Source: Guillardia theta CCMP2712
Taxonomy: Eukaryota > Protista > Cryptophyta
Length of the DNA: 64,000 nucleotides
Direction of reading: 5' to 3'
Assembly: GCF_000315625.1 (NCBI RefSeq)
Contig: NW_005434527.1
Location: 37,941 to 101,940, forward strand
A program made the translations under genes and the position numbers. Below are positions 47,691 to 59,814 of this stretch, piece by piece. The number at the start of each line of letters is the position of its first letter. Within the stretch, counting starts at the first letter, position 1. The notes beneath the pieces are model-generated. The model worked only from the letters and a program-made list of their open reading frames with translations. It did not search any database and had not been told where the DNA came from.

Positions 47691-50600
47691 GTTGCTAAGG
47701 CTTAATATCGGCAGAGTTCATGCAGTTCAGTTGATAATCACTGATCTGGCCTTTCAAAGAGGTCGACAATCTTCAGAAGCATGAAGCATCGCTCGATGCT
47801 CAGCCTGACAAACAACCAGGAAACGACAAGGCTGAGCGTAGAGAGACGATTCAAGTTCTCAGTGATGGTATATGCATTCTATTCCTTTTGATGGTACAGT
47901 ACATCACTTCAGCGATCTCAAATTAGTGGCGTTAATCTAATTGATGCATCGAGGCTTGCTCCAGCTTGTTGTGTTGTAACACATCATTCAGCCAAAAACC
48001 AAAAATCACAACAGTCTATAAAATTCTTCAATCACAAGAGAAGAATCTTATTTGACAGAGGTTTCCAAAAATCGTGTGTAAATTAAAATCGTTCGGGAAG
48101 TGAAGCAAATTCTGATTGAGACCTTTCTCTCTCTTCTTGGCTAAAACCAACTTCTCACTTCATTCGAACCTTGCCATCATCAATGATTGCGTTTCAAACC
48201 CAACCTAGTTACTCCAAGCAAGCCCTCACGAGCCTACATCCTGCGGATCATAGACTCATACTGCATACCGTGCCCCGCACATGTAGGGAAATAGGTCATG
48301 TCCTAGCCGACAGCAGTAATCTGTCGTGCTCGTTGTGTTCTAGTAAACGCAGCAGTGATTGCTCTAGTGCTCTCCCTTATTCCCGGAAGGTTGTCTGTAC
48401 AACATTGTTCTTGCTCCTCAAAGAATTCCTTGGCAGGCTTGAAAGCTCCTTGCTGCCTAGAACTACATCATCGGGCTTGCATGATGAAAGAACAGGGCAA
48501 GTATCTGACAATTCCACCAACAAGTTTCTCACTTCTCTAACGTGAAGGGGGACGTTGTGATAAACACAGGTTTCTTTACAGAGATCATCACAGTATTTGT
48601 AAGTACATGGATGTGCACGACATGCCGTCTTCCTGCAATTTTCATTTCCTACACTTGTTCATTCGATCTCTTACATCTCAAAGTCCTCCCACACCTCTCA
48701 CCCTCACTTCCTGACATTGATCAGCACATGTCACAGGGTTCATTCACCATTGCAGGGAAAAAAGACGAGTACAAAAAAAAACTGCGGATGGCTAAAAATA
48801 ACACCCGACGGATCCGACGCTCCGACTGGCCTGAAACCTATTGTTATCTGACGGCTAACTTTCAAATTTTGACTTATCAATGTTTCAAAATTTGAGAGCT
48901 TTTGGATGAAATTGAGTTATGCACAGATATGCGGACGTGGCCTTTTCATGCCTCTATGACCCGCCGCCACCCCCCCCCNNNNNNNNNNNNNNNNNNNNNN
49001 NNNNNNNNNNNNNNNNNNNNNNNNNNNNNNNNNNNNNNNNNNNNNNNNNNNNNNNNNNNNNNNNNNNNNNNNNNNNNNCCCCCCCCCCCCCCCCCCTTTT
49101 TTTAAAAAAAAAAAACTTCCCCTTTACCCCCTATCAGAAGACAGAAACACAAAAGAAAAAAAAGAGCGGCATCAGGGGCAGAATTTCTTCGATTGGAATT
49201 TTTTAAAAACCCTTTAACCCCCTTCCGACCCACTCCAAGGTCATTCCAGGCATTCCCAAGGGGGGTCCTGGGGGGTGAAAATTTGTTCATGTTCCGGTCA
49301 TTCCCCGGGTACCACCCTCCTTTACACTGCGGGCTTGCAAAAGATATCCATGTGGGTAGGGGTAGTGACACACCAGGGGTATGACCACACAGTTCACAGT
49401 GGGTACAAACTATTCAGATAGAAGGGGAGAAAAAAATGGGGGGTGGGGGGCGGTACGGGAATGGGAAGGGGTGGGTTAATCGTTGGATATCAAGGGGTAG
49501 TGGTGGACTGGTGGGTCATATACGAATCGTCGAGATTTTCTACTTTACAAAATTGGCGAGAGAACAGGAGCCCGCGGCAGTCAGCCAATGGTGTACCCCA
49601 CCCACATAGCGGTGTTTTTCAGGGGTAGGGTGGTAGTGGGAAATGTACGACCCATGAAATCTCTCGATCGTTTGTACCCCTACCCCCCCTGCAGCAAACA
49701 TTGTTACACCCCCACCTTCTATTGATCCGACTCCTTGGTACCTCTCTCCAAATCGGTTCTAATACGGACCCGTACCCCTCGACTTCCATTCCAATCATCA
49801 CATTTTGTACCTGATAAAAGCTACCCCTACCCCCAGATCAGAATACACCAGTCATCATTTGAACATCATTTGAGATCGGTCCTTACCCCCACCTACTCCC
49901 AAAGATGACCCCACCCATCACAGTACAGAAGGCGCATATCCCAATTTGTACCACTCATTTTTTTTGTTTCACATCCATGGGGGTGGTTTGTGGACAAGAA
50001 GGGGGTGGTGATGGATGGATTTACAGTGTTCTCAGCCTACTCGTTTTACACACTACCCCACCCCCTTCTTAAGTAAAGTTCTCTTCCCAACGGAGAACTT
50101 TTCCCACCCCCCACCCCACTCAGGATAACTGATCTTGAGATTCATCCCTTTGGTAGCATATCCATGAAGAATAACCCTACCTACCCCGTGTTGTGCACTT
50201 AGCCTTAACCTACCCATACGTTCCCCATAAAATGACCCTCGAAATATCTGGGACAAATCTTTCAGGACCAACTACTACCCCCACAACCCCATTCAGTCGT
50301 TTCACCCTACCCTAGTTTCCGGTATCCGAGGCGTACCCCACCCCTGAGAAAGGAGACTGACCCAGGTTCGTGATCCGGAAGGCACCATGACCCCTACGTT
50401 GCAGTTAAATCCTACCCTACCCCTATCCCCGATGCACACCCTCTTAACCGGAAAAGCTATTTAAGACCTTCACAGTCACCCACCTCTTGCGTGTACCGTC
50501 ACCCCGGCGCGACTCGCAACACCTACCCACCCCTACCCACCATCTTGACCTCACCGACCCCTTGAATCCCTTGTTCCAATCCACCTGCATGTAATCATTA

Positions 50601-51028
50601 CCCCCGCCACCCCCCACCCCTCCTCTCAATTCAGCAACACCACCCCACCCTACCCTGTTGACCTGACCCTGTTCCCGCCATGGAGCTTCGTTGAGACTTG
50701 CTGCCCTTCCTCCCTCCCTCATCCGCGACTCCTGGAACTGCCTCCTCTGCCTCCTCTGCTCCCTCCCTCCTCTACCTGATAGACCAAGAACCTCCTTTCT
50801 ATCCTTGCGAATTCAAGGCTTGCTTGCCCAACCAGGAACTGAAGCATTTGGCCCCAGGCTGGGTGCTCCCTCGTTTGGAGAGCCTTCCATTCTAAGTTAC
50901 CAACTATCAAGATCCTTCCCCATCGCTCAGAACCGCTTCCAACCTCTCTCCCCTCCCACCCTTCCTTTGTCGCAGAAGATCTTGCCCAGCTCACCGGAGC
51001 AACAGGCAGTGCGGCAATACCTGGCGAC

Positions 51029-51634
51029 ATGCAGCAACGCATCCGTCCAAGGGGGGTCTTGCGGGATGATGTTGTGATGAGCATCTACGCTGACCGAGTG
51101 TCAGAAAGGAGGAAAAAGACGGCAAAAAGCATGGCGCTGGCACGAAAATATGGCGTCACTGCAAAGGCGATCAGAGACATCTGGAATCGCCGCACATGGT
51201 GGCACGTCACGCAGCCTCTGTGGACTCAAGCTGAGAGGCTGGAGTATGAGCGGACGGGACCCAAGAGGCAGAAGGCAGGAGCATCCAAGCCTGCCGCCTC
51301 CAATGCAGAAGGGATGCGAAGCGATCAGTCGGTGGGCTTGGGAGTGAGGAGCTTGGAAACGCTCTCCTTCGCTGACAGAATCCTGCATGGCAACAATCAG
51401 ATGGTGTCAGGGCAGGAGGGTCAGGGTGAAGAAAACAGCTCCGAGGAAGAGATTTCCTCCAACTCTGATGGATCTTCCTTTGGCTGTGACTCGGATAAAG
51501 AAATTTGCCGAGAGGCCAGCCTGATGAGGACCGGTTTCACAGGTAGAGGAGCTGAATGCTGTTCCCTTGCATATCCTTGTCTGATGTTGTTACAGGACGT
51601 GCTACGCAAAGAATCTTCATGGAAAATGATCTGA
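51029..51634 (+). CDS. putative helix-turn-helix DNA-binding protein (AIRDIWxxRTW type); 5' end uncertain
   Basis: VMSIY...ALARKYGVTAKAIRDIWNRRTW.HVT.PLW; HTH pattern LAxxYGVxxxxIxxI. Confidence 0.65.
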   Translation: MQQRIRPRGVLRDDVVMSIYADRVSERRKKTAKSMALARKYGVTAKAIRDIWNRRTWWHVTQPLWTQAERLEYERTGPKRQKAGASKPAASNAEGMRSDQSVGLGVRSLETLSFADRILHGNNQMVSGQEGQGEENSSEEEISSNSDGSSFGCDSDKEICREASLMRTGFTGRGAECCSLAYPCLMLLQDVLRKESSWKMI

Positions 51635-52259
51635 TCCTCGAAGCCTACGAACATTTCGTGCAGCGCATGTCCTCTGGCACACAGCATGCCTCCTTCCAGA
51701 CTGTGAAGTCTTGATAAGTCCTGACCAGACCTCCGGGAATAGGGAAAATGGAACCAGTCGTGTTTAGCTAGTCTATCTCTCTCTTCTCTACCCTCTCGCC
51801 CTCCCTCCTTCCTCTTTCCCCCCTCCTCCTCTCCCTTAGGCACTACTCATTTTTTCTCTCTCAAATCTCTTCATTTTCTGTACAGATTTACTTTGTCGAT
51901 TTCTCACATTAAGTAAAGATTGTCGATTTTGCTTGTTAGCGGCTTTACCTACGTGTTTCAAACTCTTTTCCTCAGAACTTTCAATCCTTCCAGATTTATT
52001 CCTCATTTACCAGCAGCTTAGCTGTGCTGGCTTACGAGGATGATGCTCGTGCATTTTAGGAATCAACAAAGGTGGGCCTCTTTCTCCTCCACCTCTGAGA
52101 CGCTTTTACGCCGTCTGATCATTCGGATGTACAATAACATGCGGGCAATTTGAAGTCTGAATTCAATTTGTGTTCTTTGCAAGAAATTATCGAATAGAAG
52201 ATTATTACAGGATGAGTTGATGGTTTGCAGCAGAAATAATGATACATGTCACAAGCTTA

Positions 52260-54835
52260 TCATTGCATCGACTCAGAAGAATTTTCTTGGTCATCCACCG
52301 ACACGCTGGTCCCATCAGGGTAATGTAAGTGCATGATCCTCCCGATTCCTGGCATCCATCATCATCAACTGCATTGACATCTTCATCCTCACCCTTCGTC
52401 CGTCCTTCTCTGAAGATCAGGCGAGCTCCGACCAGGAGATACTCCGGGCGGAAGAGAAACTCGAAGGTCACGAGCGCGCGATCTCCCGTGCGGATGCACT
52501 CGCGGTCGAGGCTGACGACCTTGCAGGCCTGACGGACGGTGAGGGAGTGAACGACAGGCTGGTAGTTGATGCCGATGGTAGTGGGATGATGCAGCACCAT
52601 CACCTCCGCTGTGAACCTGCCAAGATCTGCATCAGCCTTGACCTGCTCCCACTCGTCTCTCCTCCCTGCTCCCACTCTCACCTCTGACACGCTTGGGGGT
52701 TCAACTTGGCATCCACCACGACCATTCCCTTCCTGATCTGATTTCTCTTGACCTTCTTGATTGCGAGGGTAGCAGACTGCAGTCACGTCAGTGTCTTAGT
52801 CGAGGAGGAGGACTGGAGGAGTGCTGAGGAGTTCTGGAGGCAGATACTCCGAATGAAGAGGAGAAGCCAAGGAGCAAAGAGTTCACCTGACCCGCAGACA
52901 CTTGATTGACTGGCATGCTCTTGTTCATGATGGACTTCAGCTGGATGGGATGGAACTGCCCCTTGTTGTCCGGCCCGAGCAGGAGGTTACTCCTCGTCGA
53001 CAACGTTCCTCTCAGCATGGTGCCAGCTACAACCGTCCCGACGCCCGACACCTGCAGGAGCATCAGCACAGCCGCACTTCTGTGTCGCCTCCCCCGACAT
53101 AGAAAGTGTCGTCGATGTGAAACTCGGCAGGTGCCTTCACGTCGAGCCCTTTCGTCTTCTGCGCGGGGATGATGTTGAGGAACAGTCGCAGCAGCTCCAG
53201 GCTCTGGCCTGTAACGCTGCTTACGAGGAAAATGGGAGCGATCTGCCCAACGAGCGTCATGCCTTCTAAAGTGTGGTGGAAGGGGAAGAAGGAAAGTAGG
53301 GAACGGGAGGAAGAGGCAAGGAAAGGAAAAGGAGGGAACGAGGGGAAGGAAGGAAACAAGGGAGGGAGTACCCTGGCATCGCTCGCCATGCTCTTAGCAC
53401 AAGTCATGACATCTTTCTCACTCTTCACAATGAGAGGCATCTTACGGATTCCTGCAGAACTTTCCTTACAGAGCATCAACCCACAGCCTCCACTTACCCG
53501 GTGCCTTCACGATCTTCGACAGCTCATTGACAGTCCCTTGTAGCACGTTGTCCGGACACATGTCAACCTTGAAGTTTTTCAGTCCTTCCCATCGCATGTT
53601 CTTCATTGTTCACCTTCGTGACAACAAAATATGTCGGACATTTCAACGCGAGCGCAACGCCAAGGTGTTCCTTGGTCATTCGTTGAACTCCCATGTTTGC
53701 TCCGACCACAACCTGCCGAGGCAAAGGCATTCAGACTGAATCAAGAAACACACGGTGAGGCACCATGGTGTAGTCTGGAACACAGCCAGTCATTCCATAC
53801 ACGGTAGTCTTAATGTATCGTTCATGGCCAGCCAGATCGATGAAGGTGACAACTTTCGCACTGCAATGCATTGTTCCCATGAGCGACAGCTGCAAGACAC
53901 ATAATGCTCACCTTTCTTTCACGATCTCGCTGCTTGTCTTCGCGTGTATGCTGCTATAGTTGACAATGTCTCCACTAGCGTTGATGCCCATGATATGTTG
54001 AGTGATACTTGACGTCCTTCCGCTTTCAAGCTCATGCCGATGCCGAAAGACCGAGCTACAGGACAACAAAGTCATCCTCCTCCTCCTCCTCCTCCTTCTC
54101 CTCCTCCTCTTCGTATGCTGCCCTCACCTCCGTGCGAGTCCTCTGCCGTTGTCCAGTTTTCCAGAAGTCAACACACCTACTATCGTGCTCTTTCCGCTAT
54201 CAACATTGCCGACAACAGCAATGCGCATGTCGATGAAATGTCCGTCCATTGGCTTTTGCCTCACCATGACCTCTGCACACCATCCTTCCTTGCCCTGATC
54301 ACTATCGTCAGCTTCATGTCAACGAACTACAACTATGATCCGACATCTCCATCACAGATTGATTTCTATCACAGCATCATCTCCATCTCCATCATTCTGT
54401 TCCAATGTGAACTTCAAAACCACCTGCTGTTTCCGGACCATCGCCATGTCACATCCTGCTCGTTCCGACATTTCTTTTAGAGTTTCTAGCGACGACACAA
54501 GGTCTTGCTCTGAGATTCCTTTGCAGGTTCCATCGTCCTCAACCTACCCAGCACAATCAATCAACAGGGAGCGTCATCGAGCAGGAGAGAAACATCACCC
54601 CAATCGCATAGATAGCCTCTCCCGATCCTTCTAGAACTCTCCATTTCAGTTGTGTAGTCAGGTGGTGCAGTCTCTCCTCGGAGGGGTTGACAAGCATGTA
54701 CTTATATTCTACGTTCCCTTCCTGCGGCTCGCATTGGATCTTGTCCTTCTCACACTGATTGTCCAATACGATCGACTCCGAGTGAAAATCGTCTTTCACA
54801 TACGATTGGAAAGGAGAACTTTGACAGTCCTGCAC
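52260..54835 (-). CDS. GTP-binding protein GTPBP1/GTPBP2-like translational GTPase, multi-exon; 5' end uncertain
   Basis: [96 protein letters not shown]. Confidence 0.92.
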
Positions 54836-56749
54836 TTCTGTCAGACCGTGCTTGAGGGAAAGGCGAGGTGACGTGGCCAGGACAAACTGAGGTCATGAAG
54901 AAAAGATACAAGAAAGTCGAGATATCTACTCTAACAAGCACAATGAAACACAGGTATGACACAAGGCAAACTAGTATCTTGAAGAAAATACGGAGAGGGA
55001 GAAGGAATAGCCGGACACCAAGGGGTCGCGACACTTGAAGAAACAAGCAATGAGCTGATGGTATGCCATTCAATCGTCACTGAGCATGACACAACCACTA
55101 CAGTCTAGATATCATAAGTTGATCAAATATGACCCTGTGAGTCTGACATTCGACTGCTCTCAGTCCCTTTGTCCTAACCTTCGAAGCCTTGCAGGCCCGC
55201 GCACACATCAGGTGTGATTCTCAGCTGACCCTAGATTACAATCTCGCATCGTATCTCCTCGTGTTGTTCAGTTTTTCTAGTTCGTGTCGATCGTCTCCAG
55301 GTTTTACACTATGAATTGCTCCGAGTCTCTTTATCTTCCTCTTCCTGCGCACTACGCCTCCCACCTTCCCTACTGGCATGACCCTACTCCCCAACAGGCA
55401 TCAAAGAATCTTCACCCGAGTGTTCTTGTACACCATTCGAACACGTTGCGGACATGAATCTTCATCGTTTTCTATCCTCCTCTCCTCGTTCCCTTTCTTG
55501 ATGGCCTTGCACCTCCGGGTACTCTTACCGCAACCTCAGCCATGGAACCGGCCTGTAGGTCTCCTTGTACCCCTACCCCCACTTTTTCCAATAAGTACGC
55601 TGGTCCCTGACGCTGCTTACCCCACCCCTCTTGTTTCCACGATGTACCCCTTCGAATCCCCCAGGAAAATGGACCCCTACCCTCATCAATTATATAAAAT
55701 ACTCCTTTTGTATTTTGTATACCTCAAATAAATTTCAGTACAAAAACTAAAATACAAGAAGTACAAAAACTGAGCCAATAGTTTGCATATGTAGTTTTCT
55801 TCCAGGTAGTAAATATTTATATATCTTGAATAAAAGTCTTTTGTGAGCAAGTGAGGTAATCGTTCTCGGCCTCTCTCCGTATATAAGGTTTATAAAAATA
55901 TATAACATTTCTACCAAGAATTTGAAAGCTGTACCATTGTACTTTTCGGAAAATCTGTTTTTAAAACACCACCACCCCCTTCTCTGTGGGTAGTTTCACC
56001 CTCCCTTGTTGACCGGATTACCCACTGCACCCCACCCCGTGAAACCCCCTTTTCTCGGAACACAAGTGTACACCATACCCCTTTCCAATCAAATCGTACC
56101 CCTACCCTTCTTTTCATAACAAATTACCCCTATAAATCGCCAGTGATTTCATTTCATGCTTCTACCCCTACCCACCTTTTCCCATACACCCTCTTCCCCT
56201 TTCAAATCGTCGCTCCCCAAATTTACTGAAAATCTGCAGTGGGAAGTGCTTCTCGATAGGGGGTGGGTGGCTTTGTGGCCTTGAGATGGGGTGGGGTGTC
56301 AATCTCAGTCATCGGGGTAGAAAATTTCAAGCCTGGTAGGATTGGAGTCCAATTGGGGGGTGGGGTTACAAACATCCTCATAAAGAGTGGGTTGGGGTGG
56401 AAAGGAATGGGTAGAAGAGGTGGGGGTGGGGCGCTGGACAACAGGGTGGCCACTTGCAGAGAACAAATAGGCGCAAAGAAGCACTAACGACTAAGATTGG
56501 GGGGTAAGGGGGTGATCAGAATTGAGGCCGGCTAACATGGAGGGGTGGTCCGGAGGGGCATGTACAAAGGGGGAGGTCCCTGCGGGCGTATCTGCACCAG
56601 GGGGTGGTGATTAGGCATTCCCTGGGGTAGACATGGCACTATGGGAGATGAGTGGGTCCATGAAATTAGTACCCTACCCCCGTTTTCGAAATGGAGATTG
56701 TAGGGGGATTGCAGGGGTAGTGAATGGTCAAAATGGTGGCTGGTCAAAA

Positions 56750-57720
56750 AAATGCTATTTCCGCCGCCCCGGCGAGACCGTACGGTACCGGCGGAAGTAC
56801 GGTACGGTACGGCCGGGCAGGACAGTCACCGGCGGTGCCACGGTGGGGCCCGGGGCGGCCCGCACCAGTGACCGGCCGGGCGGCGCAGCCGCCCGGGCCG
56901 CCGCTGAGCGGCCGGGCCGGTCGGGCCGCGGCGCGGCCCGGTCCGTGTGGGCTGAGTCCGCCCGGCCCGCCACTCTGATCACCGTCACGGTAACAGGCTT
57001 CTCTGAGTAACTGACTCTATGAGGCTGTACGGCTGACTCTATAAACAGTCTCTTTACTCAAAGTTAAGTTAAAAATCAGTAGGAGGACAATCAGGAGAGT
57101 CGAGGAGGCCGCGCTTGCCAGGTGCCACCGTCACTGCCGTCATGACCTGACACTGTCGCACAGGCCAAACTGCGGCGCCGGCGAGAAGAGAAATCAGGGC
57201 CTGCCGGGCAGGCTGCTGTGAACAGTCATGTACTGTACTCAAACTTGCAAAGTTCAAATTAAAAATCAGTCCGAGGACCGTCAGGAGAGACGAGCCTCGG
57301 AGGCTTGACCTTGGCACACTGTACGGGCCTGTCGCACAGGCCAAACGGCGAGAAGAGAAAAGACAGCGAGAACCAAACTTGAAACCCAATCCTGCCGATC
57401 GGACTGCTGTCCCCCAAACTTAACTGACGGTAACCTTCCGACTGACTTAACTGCGCGCGGCCGCGGCCCGGGACAAGCCCCCCGCGCCATCATCATCCGA
57501 GATGCCAGCCGGATGTCGCTGCGGCCGCCGCCGAAGGAATGAGACGCATACCGGACCGCACCTGCGATGATCGCACCGAAGGACAGGGAGGCCGGCTTGA
57601 AGTTGACTGAGTCACATGATTGGCTTTGTACGGTAACTTGATTGCCGGGTTAAATTGAGTGACTCTGGAGGCACCGGCGGCACTGCACTAGTGAAGCCCG
57701 GGCCCGGCTCCGGGACTGAG
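56750..57720. other. GC/CpG-rich intergenic island with internal degenerate duplication and shared 30-bp motif
   Basis: units at about 57050-57193 and 57235-57360 share ttaaaaatcagt, tcaggagag, ctgtcgcacaggccaaac, ggcgagaagagaaa. Confidence 0.7.
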
Positions 57721-58078
57721 GGTCGGAAATGAACTGACGACTTTGGTGACAGGAATGAGGGCCGGGGAAGAGGATGGGGTAGGGTATAGAACGCGATCCC
57801 GGTGGTAGTTTTTATCTTTGGGGTGGGTAGTCATTGATGTCAATCAGATTGTCAATGGGTACGAATGACCATGTGTCAATAGGAAAATCGAAGTTCAAAA
57901 CTACGGGTCATTGAAAGAACTAGGGGGTAGAAATCGATAAGGGGTCTGAAAGAAGGGGTAGGCACCATCTAGGATGGATCCAGTAGGTAGGGTGGATCAT
58001 TGCAGAGACTGGGTGGGGTGGAAGGACTTGAGGCCAGTGGGATGGACACGTTGGGTCAGCGAGAATGGTGCAGTGAAG

Positions 58079-58088
58079 GAGGAGCAGG

Positions 58089-58183
<95 letters not shown>

Positions 58184-58186
58184 CAG
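58079..58186. repeat. (GGAGCA)n microsatellite
   Basis: ggagcaggagca run. Confidence 0.9.
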
Positions 58187-58631
58187 AAGTGAAGAAAAAT
58201 AATGAGGTGGGCTTACACCTGAAATTCTATTGAGAGAAAGAGTTAAGATGAGGGTCAGTGGAGTATTGCAGTGAATGATTAGATTTGCTATTGCGTATTC
58301 TATGATGGCAGCAGGAAACATACCATTCATGCCAACTTTTTGCTTTAGACCAGAGGGAAACACAAGTTAGTAAGGTAAAATGTGCAGGATGACAGCATAT
58401 ATGTATGAGCGAGCGATGGTCAAGATTGAGGAATCTTATTGGGATAGTGGAGTAAAAGACAGGTGCTGTGGGAACAAAGGAGTGAAATCATACAGGAGAT
58501 GCTTGTTTCATGGAGCATTGAGCGACTGCTGAGCTTCCGCTGCTCATCAACGTTATGAGAAGAACCCAGTGCTCTTTGATGATAGATGATAGCCTTACAT
58601 GAACTCTGACTTGGCCTCTGCTCTACAGAAG

Positions 58632-59641
58632 ATGGTCGCTAGCGCAGGAAGGGCTTTGCATGTGCGCATTCTTCATGCTGCGCTCCTTGTTCAATTGGTG
58701 TCATCGTTTGCCCCTCCAGCTGCCTTCCACAATGGCAAGAGAGCAGCTGCAGCAGTTCGATCACAGCAGGCGACCCGTGGACTTCGGATGGCTGATGGTG
58801 GTAATTTCTTTGGAAACATGTGGGAGAAGGCCGTGCTAAAGGTGATGAGGGTGTAGAAAGCTTGTTTGAGGAGGATCACGTTTATCATAGATTGTGGAAG
58901 TGAAGGAGAAAGACTCTTCGAGGAAGGCTCTTCAGAAGTGCGTCTTCTGTGATAACGGCAACATCAAATGCGATTCTTGCGGCGGGTCAGGCAAGGATGT
59001 CGCTCTTGGGTCGGGTGAGGGACATGGAGGCCTGCGCCTGAGGGCTGAGGGAGCTTGCAGACGAGAAATGCTTTCTCTGTGACGGCAAGGGCGTCACCAT
59101 TTGTGGCATCTGCCTTGGAACCGGCATGGTGGACAGAATCCGGCGAGGGGGAACGGATGTAAGAGGAGAGGGAGAGGGAAGGGGAGAGAAGGGGGGGGAG
59201 GAGGGAGGGGGAGGGGGAGGGGGAGCAGGAGGAGGGACAAGTGGAGGAGGGGGGGGAGGAGGAGGAGGTTTTTATTGTTTTGCAGACCAAGGGGGAATGG
59301 ATCGGCAAGCAGAAGGTCATGGACCCGCTTAGCCCCCAGTATGAGGCCTACGTGCTTGAGCTCGACCCGGCGACCAAGTACGTTTGGTGCCAGGTAACGG
59401 AGGGGAGGAGAGGAAGAGAGACTGGTGCCGCTGACCTCCTCCTCAGTGCGGCGTGAGCACGCGCCAGCCGTTCTGTGATGGTCAGAGCCATCGAGCCTAC
59501 GGGATCAAGCCTGTGGCCTTCACGTCGGAGGGAGAAGCAGGAGGACAGAAGGTCAAGGCCGCACTGTGCGGATGCAAGTACACCAATACGCCACCGTACT
59601 GCGACGGGACTCACGTATCCATGAAGAAGAAGGATGAGTAA
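58632..59641 (+). CDS. plastid-targeted protein: DnaJ-type Cys-rich zinc finger fused to tandem CDGSH 2Fe-2S domains (4 introns)
   Basis: Leader LVSS|FAP; CVFCDNG, CDSCGGSG, CFLCDGKG, CGICLGTG; then WCQCGVSTRQPFCDGQSH and LCGCKYTNTPPYCDGTH; junction gat|gtaag...ttgcag|acc in frame. Confidence 0.85.
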
Positions 59642-59814
59642 GGCGAAAGCTTGCGGCGAGACGAGAGATGAAAGGCGAAAGCTTGCAGCAAGACGGGAGG
59701 GAGGGAGGGAAGTGCGGAAGGATAACATGGCACTGTTTTAAGAGTTAAGAGCTTTACAAAGAATGTACAACATGCAGTCATCTTCAGTCCCTCTTGCTGT
59801 AGCTCGCCAGGCCC

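Noticed and set aside
47075-47784. Overlapping Arg/Ala/Pro/Gly-rich ORFs in GC islands (also 56633-57010, 63570-63821)
   Set aside because: Stop-poor because of extreme GC content; no coding signature
48100-48720. Possible small spliced minus-strand ORF (MSGSE...)
   Set aside because: No homology recognised; splice model not convincing
49600-50660. TACCC/ACCCT tracts as interstitial telomere repeats
   Set aside because: No regular tandem unit; scattered degenerate motifs only
57920-58363. Poly-Leu, EQ and GA repeat ORFs
   Set aside because: Translations of a (GGAGCA)n microsatellite
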